This document shows, one piece after another, positions 12,719 to 28,035 of a stretch of 64,000 nt of DNA. Position 1 is the first letter of the stretch. Each line of letters begins with the position of its first letter. The translations under genes and the position numbers were made by a program. The stretch spans positions 45,419,128 to 45,483,127 of the forward strand of contig NC_068984.1 in assembly GCF_001194135.2 (NCBI RefSeq), written 5' to 3'. The stretch is from Octopus bimaculoides (taxonomy: Eukaryota). The notes beneath the pieces were generated by a model. It searched no databases, was not told the origin of the DNA, and worked only from the letters and a program-made list of their open reading frames with translations.

Positions 12719-14591
12719 ACTAAAGAAGAAACTTAACATACTACTCCGCTATATATTCACTATATTCGCGTGTCTTCAACTTGGCCGGTGCCACTGTCTC
12801 ATACATACAACTTACTGAAGTAAGTTGGACTTTCTGCATGGCATACCTAACGAGAAATTACCTTGAATTTTTTTTTTTTTCTCAATAGTGTTACCCACTT
12901 GATGAGCCATGTTTCATGCAGCCCGTTTCTCGCAAAAAAAAAAAAAAGAAACAGAAAAAGTTGCAATTGCTTGATTAACAAATTACTTGATCTGAAAGAA
13001 ACAGAAGTCAAGTATCCCTTTAACGATACTGCTTATTATTTTTTTTTTCTTTTTATTAAAAGTAAATAAATAAAAGTACACATTGGCCAATATAGTTCAA
13101 GATATAACAAAAAGACGAGTTTGTCACGGCTGGATCCAGTTATGTAGAATTTGGGCTAACCTGAGGCTATGAAACAACATATAACCTACACTAACTTTCA
13201 TTCTTTTCCATCATAATTTGTTTTATTTTATTTTTGCTTTTTTTCTAAGAAAAATGTAGGGGCACTTTATTCAAGATTTTTTTTTTTTTTTTTTTTTTTT
13301 TTCCAGCTGGCTTCCATTTCAAGTCTTGCTTTGCTATTCTTTCCCTAATCTCTTCCCAAAACACAACCTATTCACTTCTTTCTTATTCCCATAATGACTG
13401 ACGGATACAGTGGGCTGTCCAGACATGTCATTTTTTTTCTTCTTTCCTTTCCGTTCCATCTTCCGGTTGCAGTTGTTTAGGGTAATTGTTTTCAAATGAG
13501 TTTAATAATCTATCTTACTCTCTGTCTTTCTTTCTTTCTTTCTTTCTTGGGTAGGTGTTCAAGTGTTCACAAGTAAACAAAACAAGGTATATAGTTAAGT
13601 TATGAAGTGACTGAAGCACTCTTTAAATGAGCACCGCTGGATGGGCCGAGATGAAGTTTTATAAGAAACAGAAACTTAAGATTTAATTTATAAAACATAA
13701 ATGAATGGGTGAAGAGATAAATTAATTAATTATTACTAAGTTATATAAAGTTTCTAGCAACTGATCAAAAATCTACGAACTCTGACCAAGTATATCTCCA
13801 AATACGATGTGTGCGTGCGTGCGTGTCTGTGTGGTGTGGTGTGGTTTGGTGTGGTGTGTGTGTGTAATTGTGTGGCATTTAATGGGATCTAAAGAGAGAA
13901 GGGCGATAACCATGATTATCTTACAAGATCAGGAGCGAAATAACCAGATAAATAAGTGTGGTTAGGGGTCGGTCTTTTTAGCCCAAGGTCAACCGTGATC
14001 GAGATGGATTATGATCAAAAGTATTGAAGCCGTGACCATTCCGTCTGAATATCAGATATAATTTATAGCATGTCCTTTTCAAAGATGGTAATGTGATTTT
14101 TTTAGTGATTTAGATGCTATTTCTAGCAAGGAGACGGGGTCATCATGAGGTTCCTTAGAAAAATGCTACAAACTTAGAGGCTGGAGAATAGCAGAAATAA
14201 AAGATAAGATTATAGCTCATGTTCAACATTCGATCAAGAATGTTTCGCTTTATGAACATTACTAATGGTTTTTGAGAAAATAATGAACATCACAACTTAT
14301 CATTCATCTTTAAAAAAATACCGCCAATATATGATGAGCAATCGGAATTCACTTTAAGTATGTGCGCCTTCCTCTAAGACAAACAACCAGAAATAAATGT
14401 TCATACGCACGTGCACACATACACACACACATTGAGCGGAAGCAACTGTGTGACTCAAGGTCCAAGAGTTTCGTGCGTTGGCACTCATACTCGAAACTCT
14501 CAAACCTTGAGTCACTTTGTTGCTTCCGTTAAATATCAATAAAAATATACATATACTTATATTTTGACTTCTATTTTTCCTGTTTGATTCA

Positions 14592-14658
<67 letters not shown>

Positions 14659-17600
14659 ACACGAGCACAAAAGCAAGTTGGTAGTTAATAGAAACACAGG
14701 AACACGTAAGAAGTTCCAGTGTTAAGGGAGGGTACAAGTGTGCCGTGTGAATCAGATGGCTAAGGTAAACTTCCCTATGTCACCTTAGCAACAACAGGAA
14801 ATGACTGGCACGCTGAGATCATATTCAATTGATAGATAGACGTCAGAATTTAACATAGATCTAAATATATAATTTACTCAATATGCAGAGGTAAATTATT
14901 TAGATGCTAACACATATATCGACTGGCCTGTATGAATGTCCCTTTGTCTTCTCGCCACTCCATAATTTATTTCTAACTTTTACTTTCTATCTTTAACTCG
15001 TTTCAGTCATTGGACTGGTCATGCTGGTGCAATGCCCAGAAGGTTTTAGTCGAGCAAGTCGACCCCACTACACTTTATTTATTTATTATTTATTGGCGGG
15101 GAAGCAATCTTTCGAATATAAGTAGACGATGTCATTCACCCACGCAACTTCCCTCAAGACAGATAAAGAGGCTAGGCTGAAAAAGAGAGTGTATGACGTC
15201 GTCTCCTCAAACTGACACTTCCCAGACCAATACCGAAGGCATGCCTTTTTTCTTTTTTTAAAACCTAGTGCTTATTCTACCGATCTTTCTGGCTGAACCA
15301 CTGAATTACGGAGACACAAACAAACCAACACCGGTTGTCAAGCAGATGCTGACCAGCCTCACATGAGTAGACCCACTAACAAAAATGGGCCCCACCGTAA
15401 CCACCACTGCTTTTTGTTGATCGAGGGTTACTAAATCTAATCTACCGTTTTTTTTCTTTTAAAATGGTTGTATTTTAGGGGATTTGGTTGATATTTCTAG
15501 CATGGAGGTCCCTTTGTTGACTTGTAATAACCCAGGTTAATGAGAGTATGTGATCAAAAACTACATCTTCATGATCTTAATTATCTCTTAAGTAGTTGTT
15601 GTTGTTTAACCCCAGGTTACCCTTGGCTAAGTAGGCTTATAATCAAAGACATTTCAGTCATGATTAACCAATGTGATCATGTTTTGTAAGATTGTAGAAG
15701 TGTCATTTGGAGAATGATATTTGTAGAAGTGTCATTACGTGGATGCACGTAAAATGCACCCACTACACTCTCAGAGTGGTTGGCATTAGGAAGGGCATCC
15801 AACTGTAGAAACCTTGCCATATCAGACTGGAGTCTGGTGCAGCCTCCTGGCTTGCCAGTCCTCATGGAAAGTGGACGTTAAATGATGATGATAATGATAT
15901 GTTTAGATCTTGATCAGATTCTCTCGTTATTTTGGGTTTCTAAGTTTATGTACGCATGTTATTTTGGTTTTCTAAGTGTATGTACGCATGTCAACAAGCA
16001 GAGGTTTGATCGTGAGCTTGTAGAAACCTGATAGTGTATGTTTCATTACCAACATAGATGGTTTTTCTCAAAACACAACCAAATAAGTGCGTTTGCTTAT
16101 ATGTGGCTGCCCAACCGTCTAGAAGTAGCAGCAAAATCTCTCTCAAACCACATCCAGCCATCTTTAAAAATGGACACATTGACTAATGTTGTCCAGGGCA
16201 CCTGACAAAGCAAATTGATAGTATGATCATGGCTGGACTGTCTTTCATCAAAGGTCTTCTCCATCAAGATTACCTGGAGATAAACAGCGAGAATATAACT
16301 CTTCTTTAAGTTGGTAGTGTACATTTGAGGAAGTTTGGCTGAGTTTCGTTAACAAAATGCTGAACACAAAGAAAGAATAAATTAATTTATTAGACACAAG
16401 GACTCAAATTTGAAGGAAGAGATTATAGTTGATTTAAATCAACCCAAATTCTTCACCAACTCTGGAGGGATGAAATGCAAAGTTGACCTTGGTAGGATTT
16501 GAACTCAGAGAATAAAAGCCCATAACTAAATACCATATGTCACTCTGTCCAACACTAATGATCTGCCACCTTTAATTATTTTGATTGTTGTTTTTAATTA
16601 TTACAGCTCTATTGAGTACAATGTGTTAAATTGGAGACATAATTATATAAATATCAAAATGTAAATGCATATCTAATGAGAGTAATGAGAGAATAGAAAT
16701 TAATTACGCTACAAGAATTAAATAACAAGAAATAATGAATGAAGGCCATTATTTTGAATATGATATCCCTGCTACTTGCAGACATACATATATCAAAAAT
16801 CAGTGCAGCAACCATGGTCTAAGAGACATTTTTCACAATCAAAATTGTCAAAATTTGGAATAAACCATCTGTACCTATCATTTCTTTTCTACTCTAGGCA
16901 CAAGACCCAAAATTTTTTCGGGAGAGGGCCAGTTGATTAGATTAACCTCAGTAAGCAACTGGTACTTAATTTATAGACTCTGAAAGGATGAAAGAGAAAG
17001 TAGACTTCAGCAGAATTTGAACTCAGAACAAAGACAGACGAAATACTGCTAAGCATTTCGTCTGGTGTGCTAACGTTTCTGCCAACTCGCCACCTTATCT
17101 GTACCTACCATTTGACACTGCACCCTTCAAAAGTCCCATGCCTCCTGAAATCCACCAACACAACAGTTGATGTGCCTATCCACTTCGTGGCTCTTTTACT
17201 GTTTATTTTTCAATCATTTTGTGTTTATTCTAAGCACAGTGTATGTGGACTTTCAGCTATTATTGCTGTCTTTATTTAGCTGACAAACTGCTGCTTTCTG
17301 TTCCCTCTTGTACCTTTTTGAATGAGTTATAGTATACCTGAGCACTGTGGACAGTAAACTCCTAATTATTTTCATTTAGACAGCAAACTGGCAGAAGCAT
17401 TAGCACATCAGGCAAAATGCCTAGAGATGTTTCTTCAAGGTCTTTGTATTTTGAGTTCAATTTTGTCTTTCAGGGTCCATAAAATGAAGTGCCAGTCAAG
17501 TACTGGAATCAATGTAATTGAGTCCACCCTCCTCAAAATTACTGACCTTGCACCAAAATTGGAATTAATAATGTCATCTTTATATAGGTTATTAAAAAAA

Positions 17601-17696
17601 ACTCCAGATATCAGTAATTAAACATAACTTTTATTCAACATGTTAAATGCAATCATGAAATTAATGTTTTATAAATACATACATATACACATACAC

Positions 17697-17742
<46 letters not shown>

Positions 17743-20037
17743 TATGTAGAGAGATAATACAGAAAATAACATACATAGATTAATTTTTGTTTTGTTTACT
17801 TTCTGCCACTGTCAGCTTTAATATTTAATACAGAGTAAATTTAGCTAAACTTATAAAATAGAATCCTTGTTTTACTTTCAATGGGCAGCTGGATAAATAT
17901 GATGATGTAGTAAAGATGTGCATCTGAATAATAGTTTCTGTTAACTACATATAAGATAAACCTTTATTTTTCATTTTTCTCGGAGGAAAGCTTATAGTTA
18001 AAAACTGAACTCAATATGTTTAACTCTTTAGCATTCAGGTTCATGTATCAAAAGTAATCCTTATTTATTGAACTGGCTTGAATTAATCATGGATTATCTC
18101 ATAGCTTCAAGATTTCAATGGTATGATTGTTTACTTCTAGAATGACACTGTAGGTAGGTGTGAGGGGCCATATCTGGCTGGTTTAAACATAAAACAAGTG
18201 GGATATTTGAGCCAGATATGAACACTGTAAATGCTTGTGTTAAAGCTTCCATTCTGTATCTTCACTGCTTGGTATGTCTATGTATAACGATTTCTTACAT
18301 TGGTATATGGTTAGACAAATATCTAAAGAAGAACAGTCAAGTATAGTCAAAAGAAGTGACCACAATATGTGACTGGTATTTATCTCACAACTTCAGCCCA
18401 GAGGAATACAAAAAATAGTCAACCCATGTGGCTTTAATCCGTGTTCTGTTATTCCTTTAATGTTGTATGTCTAATTAAAGATTTGTTTCAACTGAATACA
18501 AGACCAATATTTTGTAAGGGAAAAGTACTGACAATTGAAATTCTAATATATTACTGGTATTTATGTCAACAACCCTAGAGGAATTAAATTCCTAATGCAG
18601 GACTGTGAGACACTAAAACTGAACATGCTACAATGAACATCCATGTCAACCTTGTTCAATTAGCTCATATAATTTGTGTACCATGAAAACAACAATTTAC
18701 AAACATTTGAAGAAAGTTATAGTAATCATAGTGATAAGGATGACCACAATGATGATGATGATGATGGTAGATGTTGATAGTGATAGTGATGATAAACAGG
18801 ACAACTGAAAGTTTAGGGAAATAGCTATAGTTTCAATTGTTTGATTTCTCTGCTGAATAAGTTATTTCAGCAGTAAAACCACAGTTACTTTTTGATTCAA
18901 CTTGAGCACTCAAACATGCTGTGATGTTACTTAACAGCTCTATTGTCATGTTGTGCTTTTGATCAGCTTAAACGGCATGTAATATTGATGGTTAACTTTA
19001 ATGACAAGTTATTGGTCAGTTTTAATATTATGTAGCATACTTGGTTAACACTAGTGACATGTAGTGTTGCCAAACAATTTCAATACCACATGTTCATGGT
19101 GGGTAGCACACTGTCCAAGTATTGCGGGAAATTTTTAAATAGCCTGTTTGCAGGCAGCTTGAATGACATTTGCTGTTTTTAGATAACTTTGATACAATGG
19201 ACAGTATTAATTCCAAATGAAATCCACAGTTAATAGGAAGGTCATGTGGCAACTATCCAATGTTGGTTAAAGTTTATAAAATATCTATGTTAAGGTAACA
19301 TGTGATAACATTTACTTTACTACAATAACATTACCTTTCAACATTATAGTGCTATAATACTGTGGTGCCACCATTCAGGTATTAAGAAAAACTAGGTAAT
19401 ATCACCATCAACAAATTAAAATTTGTAGTACCAACTACTATTGCACAATAAACATATTGTACCATCAGTCAGTTTGAGCAACACGTATAATAACTTCAAT
19501 CTACTATAACAAAGTGTAGTAGCAATATAAGATAACTATGAAAATACTTAGTGCAGTATTGTTAGTGAGATTGATCAGAACACAGTACCTTAAAGCAACA
19601 TATGTCCATCACAAAGTCCATATTAGAACCATACATTAGTTGTTGGCCAGCAAACAATTCTTTCTGTCCATACAGGATCAGAACCACGTTTCATTTCAAA
19701 ACTTGATCAAGAATAGTGACAGCAAACCATTTTTTTTTAGCCAAGCATGTTGAAATTTTAAAGAAATTAAAATTCCTTTAATAATCCTGTTATTGGAATG
19801 TCACTTATACATATACATGTATCTTGGTTTTATGTAAATGCTTACAAGTAAGCTTTTTATAACATGATAGCAAATTGCAAGGAGATTATTTTCCAAAGTT
19901 TCTTGTGTGCCACTACTGACACATACATCATACGTTCACAATCACTGATCTGGAGTATTTTAAGTGTATCCCCTTATAAATATTACCCAGTTATCTCCCT
20001 TGCTATAGTAGCCGCTTTTGGAGAGGACAGTCTAACA

Positions 20038-20283
20038 CTAACTAGTTGTCCATGACATGCTCCTCATCACCTGCTGCCGTTGCATAATGTCATCAAAGCA
20101 CTTCACTGACATGGTGATACGAGGACCTGTCTTCCAAATAAGTCCATCGGTGTCAATAAGCAGAGCTTTGATTGTAAGGTTGTAGAATCCTGGCAGTGGC
20201 AGAGCAATAAGGAAACTAGAGCTGAAATAGTCGTTCTGGGGTTCCAAGGTTTTACTCAGTTTCACAGGTGGTACATCTTGAAT
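20038..20283 (-). CDS. INTS7: INTS7 exon 20, terminal (IQDVPPVKLSKTLEPQNDYFSSSFL...WKTGPR...SWTTS*)
   Basis: CAG acceptor, TAG stop, conserved EP.NDYFS and WKTGPR. Confidence 0.96.
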   Translation of the reverse strand: MQDVPPVKLSKTLEPQNDYFSSSFLIALPLPGFYNLTIKALLIDTDGLIWKTGPRITMSVKCFDDIMQRQQVMRSMSWTTS

Positions 20284-23200
20284 CTGAAATAACAGAAGAA
20301 TCTGATAAAGTAAGATATAAAGCAAAGCTACAAATATTAATTCAATGTCCTTGGTATTTATTTACCATGGCATTAAGTCAAGGACTGGGGTGACTATGTG
20401 ATGAAGATTAAGTAAAACTTACACATGGATTACCAATTGATTAAGTCAAGAGCTAAGGAGACTAGGAAAGGTTAATGTGGTTATAACAAGGGTTGAAGTA
20501 ACTGAAAGTGTGAGTAAAACTGAAGTTTGTGATAGATGTTTAGCCCCAAATCAGCCTTGATATGACCATCAGATATTTTTTCAGGCTTTGTAGCCTGGAC
20601 ATTATCCAATGGGTTCTTATATTAAGATGATAAAAGGTATTCAATGAACAAGTCTACTTGGTAGTAAATAGATGCCAAGTAACAGTAAGGTCAGTGTTGT
20701 AGACATGTGTGAATACAGTATAACTAATGATTACTTTGTTAGTTTGTAGTACTGAGGTCAAACCCTCTAAATGGGTCACTGAAAAGAACCTGACATGATT
20801 AATAAGGGATCAGAATAGCGGTGGATTTCTGACAAGAGCCTTTAGCCAGGTTTTGATTGTTAGTTGTAGTCACTTCAATTGCATAACTTATGTTTTAGAA
20901 GGGAATTGTTGTGGAAGGATTCCGACCACCCCACAAGTGACTAAGTGACATTGTCATAAAGTAAAGGACTGTGAGCGATTGCCAGTTCATGTTGGTAGCA
21001 GTTCACTGTGAGCCTTTGATATAAAGCGTTGAGTTTCGTGTAATAGTAATAATAGTACATCGTGTATATACTTTCTTCCCACTGATTCATTATATTAAAT
21101 ATCCAATACAAGGATATAAAAGGAATGAATGCCACAGTTTCCATTTTCTTTCTGTTAAAAACTTTTGGCATCATGACAGAAAAGAAGAAAAACTATTCAT
21201 CTGACACACTGTTCATAGGGATGTTGTTAAGATTATAGCAAGTTATCCTGGTGAAGGAGAAGAACAATTCCACATAAGTTAGTTTAATTTCTGATTGATA
21301 AGCCGATTAATATTTGCAGTTTTATATGTAATTTTATTTTAATGGAAGCAAGAGTAGAATAGTTTTTATTTTTTATTGAAACAATTGCTTTTATAGCCTA
21401 GTGTAATGCCCTTTTGATTGATGGCTTTCTACTTATTTGTGAAATATACTGAATGGAACTTGATATGCAAGTCATGCAACAGGAGACATGAAACATAAGG
21501 TGGATTATGTTGTCTTAAAGGTATACACCATCTTAAAAAAAAAAAACACCTCAAATAAAGCAGTCCTGGATCTTTTACACATAGTCCAACACTTCAACCT
21601 CTTCTCCTTCCTCCACTCCAAATAAAGGGAAAATAAATGGAAAAACAGAAATATCATCAACAAGCAACCAAAGAAACAGTACCTTCTTTCCACTAGCAGC
21701 AAGTGTGGCAGCAGACCCATGGCTGTGACTGCGTAAAACAGATGTAACGTTGACCATGACAGCATGCACTTGCCTATAGAAGTCTGGTTGATTACCATGC
21801 TGGACAACACCTTCGACTTTCAGTGTGAGTTGTGTGTCTTGCTGTAGCAACACTGGGTCAGTTGAGTTGTGTGGCTGAGGAGAGATAGCCAGCTGAAGAA
21901 GATGAAAGAAAGAAATAAAAATTACACTGAGCATTATAGGGGTTCCCATCAAACCTCTACCACTAGACTACCAATATCATCAACACCAACGTCGCCTTCC
22001 TGACATTTGTGCCGGTGGCACATGAAAAGATGTTCGAACGAGATCGTTGCCAGTACCACTGGACTGGCTCCTGTGCAAGTGGCACGTAAAATACACTATT
22101 TCGAGCGTGGCCGTTGCCAGTACCGCCCGACTGGCCTACGTGCCGATGGCACGTAAAAGCACCCACTACACTCTCAGAGTGGTTGGCATTAGGAAGGGCA
22201 TCCAGCTGTAGAAACTCTGCCAAATCAGATTGGAGCCTGGTGTAGCCATCTGGTTTCACCAGTCCTCAGTCAAATCGTCCAACCCATGCTAGCATGGAAA
22301 GCAGACGTTAAACGATGATGATGATGATGATGACTACAACCTGGAGCACCAGCACCACCTATATTGTTAGTCCTACTAATATCATCAGCACTACAAATAT
22401 CTATACGGACATATTACTACTAATACCACAACTGCTGGCACCACCAAACATAACCACTACAAGCAGCACCAATTCCACTACCAATACAACCCTCTTCCAG
22501 CATCACCTACACCACCATCACTGCCTTCCACCAGGGACTACTCATGCTAGCCAGTATCTCTCTCTCTCACACATGCACACACACACAAAGTGTCTATCAT
22601 CATGCAACCTTATGATTCAATAATAGATACTAGGGATTCTGGCAGTGACAGTAGTGTGGACGATTTGGATCCACCTTCTCCTCGTGTTCAACGTTGAATT
22701 CTACCAGAAATAGTGACACTATCCTTCCTTTGAGGGTAAAAACAAAACAAAAAAAAATGAAATACAAATGCATGGTTGCTAATGTTGCTTAAAACAAGGC
22801 CAGTCCTAATTGAACATCCTCATCATCATTTAACGTCTGCTTGCCATGCTGGTATGGGTTGGACAGTTTGTCATGGAGCTGGCTAACAAGGAGCTGTCCA
22901 AACTTCAGCTGGTCTGCTGAACCTCTGAGTAAAAGCATGCAACCATCTTTAATTGAGACATAATGTTTCTAGGATTGCATTATTCCTTGCTTTTTAGTTT
23001 TTCTTTTTGGCGGGATGGGGGTCACATATTGGTTTGGGGACAATTTGGCTGCTGTTTTTAGCAGGGCAAGCAACTGCAGATAGGTTCTTTAGTACTTGTT
23101 GTCTAGCTACAGTCAGCCTTGCTTGAGCAGATAACTCTGAGCAACAGCCATCCTGTCCTTTTTTTTTGTTTTTGTAAAATAATATATCTCAGATTACATT

Positions 23201-26200
23201 ATTCAGTATAGTTTTCTGTTTTTTAAGATGATAAAGGTAAAAGGTAAAGACCCCACTTTGGTCATGAATGACCAAGGGATTGCATCTAGAAAGTTCCCTT
23301 CCAAGGGACAATTCCAGGCAAGGCTGTCTGTAGAAGACAAGCAGTTGCTCATGCATACCAGCCTCCCCTCTCCATGCCATCGATGTTATCCAAGGGAAAG
23401 GCAAAGGCCGATGCAGCTTGGCACCAGAGACATCGCAACTCATTTCTAAAGCTGAGTTAACTGGAGCAACGTGAAATGAAGTATCTTGCTCAAGAGCACA
23501 ACACACAACCCAGTCTAGAAATTGAACTCACTACCTCATGACTGAGCCCGAAGCTCTAACCACTGAGCCATGACAGGGAGGATATATTTTAAGATTGATC
23601 TAGCTATTGTTTCTAACAAGTCAAATGACAGCATAGAGACACAACAGTGTTGTTGTCTTGAAAGCTCTGGTTCATGTTTGTATGCAGCAGAGAAACAATG
23701 ACAATATTAACAGTGGAAGTCTTTTTAACACTACTGTCCTGCTATATCACTATCTAAAGATTAACTCAGTGAGGCACAAGCTTAACTTCAATGATTTGAG
23801 GAACACACAAATCAGTAGTGTAACAGTGGACATTGAATGCTGAGGATACAGGAGGATCAGAAAGAAATGAAATGTGCATGCTCCACCAAATGTGTGACTT
23901 AAATGTGAGAGAATAAAGGAGTACAAATGAGCTGCAAGAAAAACTGAGTATAAGAAGAATTAACTGTACTGAGATGTGTAAGAGAGGAGACTGTGCTGGT
24001 ATGGACATGTAATCCATATGAATGGTGACAACTGGGTAGAGAAGGGTAAAGAGAGTCAAGTGGGAAGAACCTGTGGAAGAGAAAGACTAAGTAAGAAATG
24101 GGCAGATGTGGTTAATAGCTGATATCAAGAGGCTGAATGTCATGAAGGGGATATTAAAGTGATGAAACAATGTGCTTCAGACAATGTACCAAACCCATAC
24201 AAGTAAGTAAGAAAAAAGGGGTGGAAAATATTAATGTTGAAAAGAAAAAGGATGAAAACACTTTTACACTTTTCTATAAGAACAATAAATATCAAACAAT
24301 GTGGCCGTTGCCAGTACCGTGTGACTGGCCTTCGTGCCGGTGACACGTAAAAGCACCCACTACACTCTCTGAGTGGTTGGCGTTAGGAAGAGCATCCAGC
24401 TGTAGAAACTCTGCCAAATCAGATTGGAGCCTGGTGCAGCCACCTGGTTCACCAGTCCTCAGTCAAATCGTCCAACCCATGCTAGCGTAGAAAGTGGATG
24501 TTAAACGATGATGATGATGATTGGGTACAAGGCCTCAAGGACTTTTTTGAATAAAGAAATAAAAATAGATATAGAGAATGTAAAAAAAAAATGGAGGAAA
24601 ATAATGGTAAAACATCATACAAAAAACAAAAGAAAAGTGTTCAGTTTATTTGTTAGCTTTCATTTTATGTAAATAAAAGTGAAAATGAAGCAAGTTAGAG
24701 AGAGAAAAAACAGAGTGACAGATAGAGAGGAGAATAAATAGACATACTTGGGTTGGATGGAAAAGAAGAAAGAAAGAATGCTTACCTTAACTTGTGTTGT
24801 TTGTAATGTCTGGAAGAAATATCTGGGGTAACCAATGGAGGTCTGGATTAGCTGCTTGATGGAATTATACAGGAATGATATGTGCTGAAGAGAGAGAGAG
24901 AAAAACAAAAAGATAGGTCAACATACTTTTGTCAAGCTGACATGATCAAGTAGGTAGGTTAATAGAGAGGTGGAGTTTGGCAGTGTGATATATTAGTAGA
25001 GTTATGCTTTGGGTGGAGGCGCAATGGCCCAGTGGTTAGGGCAGCGGACTTATGGTCATAGGATCGCGGTTTCAATTCCCAGACCGGGCGTTGTGAGTGT
25101 TTATCGAGCGAAAGCACCTAAAAGCTCCACGAGGCTCCGGCAGGGGATGGTGGCGAATCCTGCTGTAATCTTCCACCACAACTTTCTCTCACTCTTACTT
25201 TCTGTTTCTCTTGTACCTGTAATTCAAAGGGTCAGCCTTGTCACACACTGTGTCACGTTGAATACCCTCGAGAACTACGTTAAGGGTACACGTGTCTGTG
25301 GAGTGCTCAGCCACTTGCACGTTAATTTCACGAGCAGGCTGTTCCATTGATCGGATCAACTGGAACCCTCGACGTCGTAAGCGATGGAGTGCCAACACAC
25401 ATATGCTTTGGACCAAGTGGTATAATAATGGAAATATGCTTAGAGTAGAGTGGTATACTGATGGAGTTAGGGTTTAAGGAGAGAGGTATATTGGTGGAGT
25501 TAGTTCTTGGACAGAATAGTATATTACTCAAAGTAGGCTTTGAACAGAGAAGTATGTGGTGAATGTGGGTTTTGGACAGAGTGGTATATTGGTGAAGTTA
25601 GACATCAGATGGACTAGCAGAATAGTCATGGTAGGTTAAAAACTTATTTTTTACCACTTAGTCTAAAGAAAGAGCAGTGCCATTAACCTTTTTTTAGGGC
25701 CTCTGATACTGGTAGTGGAGGAAAGGAGAGAAGACAATATCCCCTAACTGGAGACCTGACCCAAATGTTTGCAACTGAGCAGACTGTTAGAGGCACTCAA
25801 GCACAAGTTGGCTGTATTAAACCTGGCAATGGATCAGGTCATGGTCTCATGGAAGGATTTGAACTTAAAAAACAAAAAGCCAGAACAAAATTACTGCAAG
25901 ACATCCTGTCTAAAACATTAATGATTCAGCCAATCAATCATCCTAGACTTGTACTTAATTTATTAAGCCTCGAAACATAAAAAAAGCAAACTTGACCTCA
26001 GCAGGATTTGAACTCAGAGCACAGCAGGAACAAAAACTGTAAGGCCTTTTGTCTGACACACAAATGGCTCTAGGAATCTGCCACCTTATACAGAGGGTTA
26101 ACATTTTTATAAATGTTGGAAGTAAGTTGAATAAGTAATGAAGATTAGCTTGAGTTTAATATTCATATGTCCACTTTATATTAGATTGACAAGCTTTTGC

Positions 26201-28003
26201 TTCTATTACTTTGATGTACCACAGAATGGCTGGCTTAACTGGTTATTTTGAATGGGGCAATTAGCACATTCACAGTGAGAGCAACCAAAAGGATGTAACA
26301 ACAAAGTAGCAGTGACAAGTAGTACACTAACACAACACAACACAACAGAAACATCACCGTTCCAACAATTGAAACAGATACATTAACGGCTTACTCAAAT
26401 CAGCAACAAACATACTAATGTAACATCTTACTGTGCTAATTCACCAAGTACAGATTGGACTAAATCCAAATAGTAAATCCACAGCATCACCAACAGAAGT
26501 CAACTATGCTTCAAGATCACAGCCGTCTGATGTAGAAATCATCAAATAGTTACAATTCAAACAATGGACAACATATATGTGAAGACTAGATATTAAATAA
26601 TTCCTTTAGGTTCAGTATTTTTGGAGCCAGATAGTTGAGGTTAAGCAGTCATTGGCCTAAAAGTTACTCCATATGGTATGTGCAGCTTGATTATTTCTGA
26701 TGAATATACTCCCTCCAATGCATCCTCATCACAGCACTGGCACCATTATTAGAGTCAAGTGAAGTTCGGCATTATAACCATTCAAATTGCTCATTTAAAA
26801 TCCAATGGCTACTATTGGAGCTGACTTCTGTATCTAGCAGGATCTTATAGTAAGTTTCCAGATTCTTTAAAATCCAAGACACATCTGTATTGATATTCAA
26901 GAATTTCTTCAAACAGTACTAACCCAAAGTGCTGTTGCCATGAATCCCAAGAAGTGTTACCATGGATCACACTATCCCAAAGCATGTATGCTTGCAGGTA
27001 GAGATTGTCTTCAAAACTCATATCCCCAACCCAACTCTAATAAGAATTCATGTAGAATCTGAATAATGTAATGCCTTCCAGCTAGAATTACTCAGATATG
27101 AAATTTGCCACACAGCAACCAAACGGACACCATAGAACAACACACTCTAGTTTGATGAACTTAAATCCTTCTTCCTACCCAATTACAAACATCACTTACC
27201 TGGTGTGTCAATTTGTTGTTGTTGTTGTTACTGCTAACCATCTGGTTTAAGTTTTGGGCAATCGTCTTAAGTACTTTAGCAAAGCAACGACTCACTGGAC
27301 ACAAATGAGGTGATTTCACATAGAAGCTGCTGGCCTTGTCTAGTGATAAAGTTTCCCTGAAGAAGAATTTTTATAGTATTAGAAATGGTCATTAGAAGTA
27401 CTGCAAAGTAAAAGTAAACTCTTGTTAATCCTTGAGTATGACGAAGTTTCAGTTCCTAAACTATTATATAGTTGATGAGAGTTAGACCAGACCAGCATTT
27501 ATCGACCATTTTATACCAATGGACCCCTTTAATTCCTATTTTACTCAGATGGACGCTCCTAGCCATTCGATGTTTAACAGAAATCCAATTACATTTTTAT
27601 AATTAAATATTATTAGGAATTGTATAAAAATATTGTTAAAATATTTTGTGCATTGTAAAAGTATAACCAATGTATTACAGGTAAATTTTAACAACAAAAT
27701 CTTATATGAACCCCCAAGGGCCATATGGACCCTGGTTGAGAACAACTGGGTTCAACAGACTGATTTAGTACTCCAAAGGAGCCCATGCCTATGTCTTTTA
27801 CTCTCTTTTACTTGTTTCAGTCATTTGACTGCGGCCATGCTGGAGCACCGCCTTTAGTCAAGCAAATCGACCCCAGGGCTTATTCTTTGTAAGCCTAGTA
27901 CTTATTCTATCGGTCTCTTTTTGCCGAACTGCTAAGTTACGGGGACGTAAACACACCACCATCGGTTGTCAAGCAATGTTGGGGGGACAAACACAGACAC
28001 ACA

Positions 28004-28035
<32 letters not shown>

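Noticed and set aside
17630-17635. AATAAA as the INTS7 polyadenylation signal
   Set aside because: Several AATAAA/ATTAAA hexamers lie between 17600 and 19800; 3'-end data are needed to choose.
25011-25085. tRNA-like sequence with A and B boxes
   Set aside because: Head of a multi-copy SINE; no acceptor stem or poly-T terminator.
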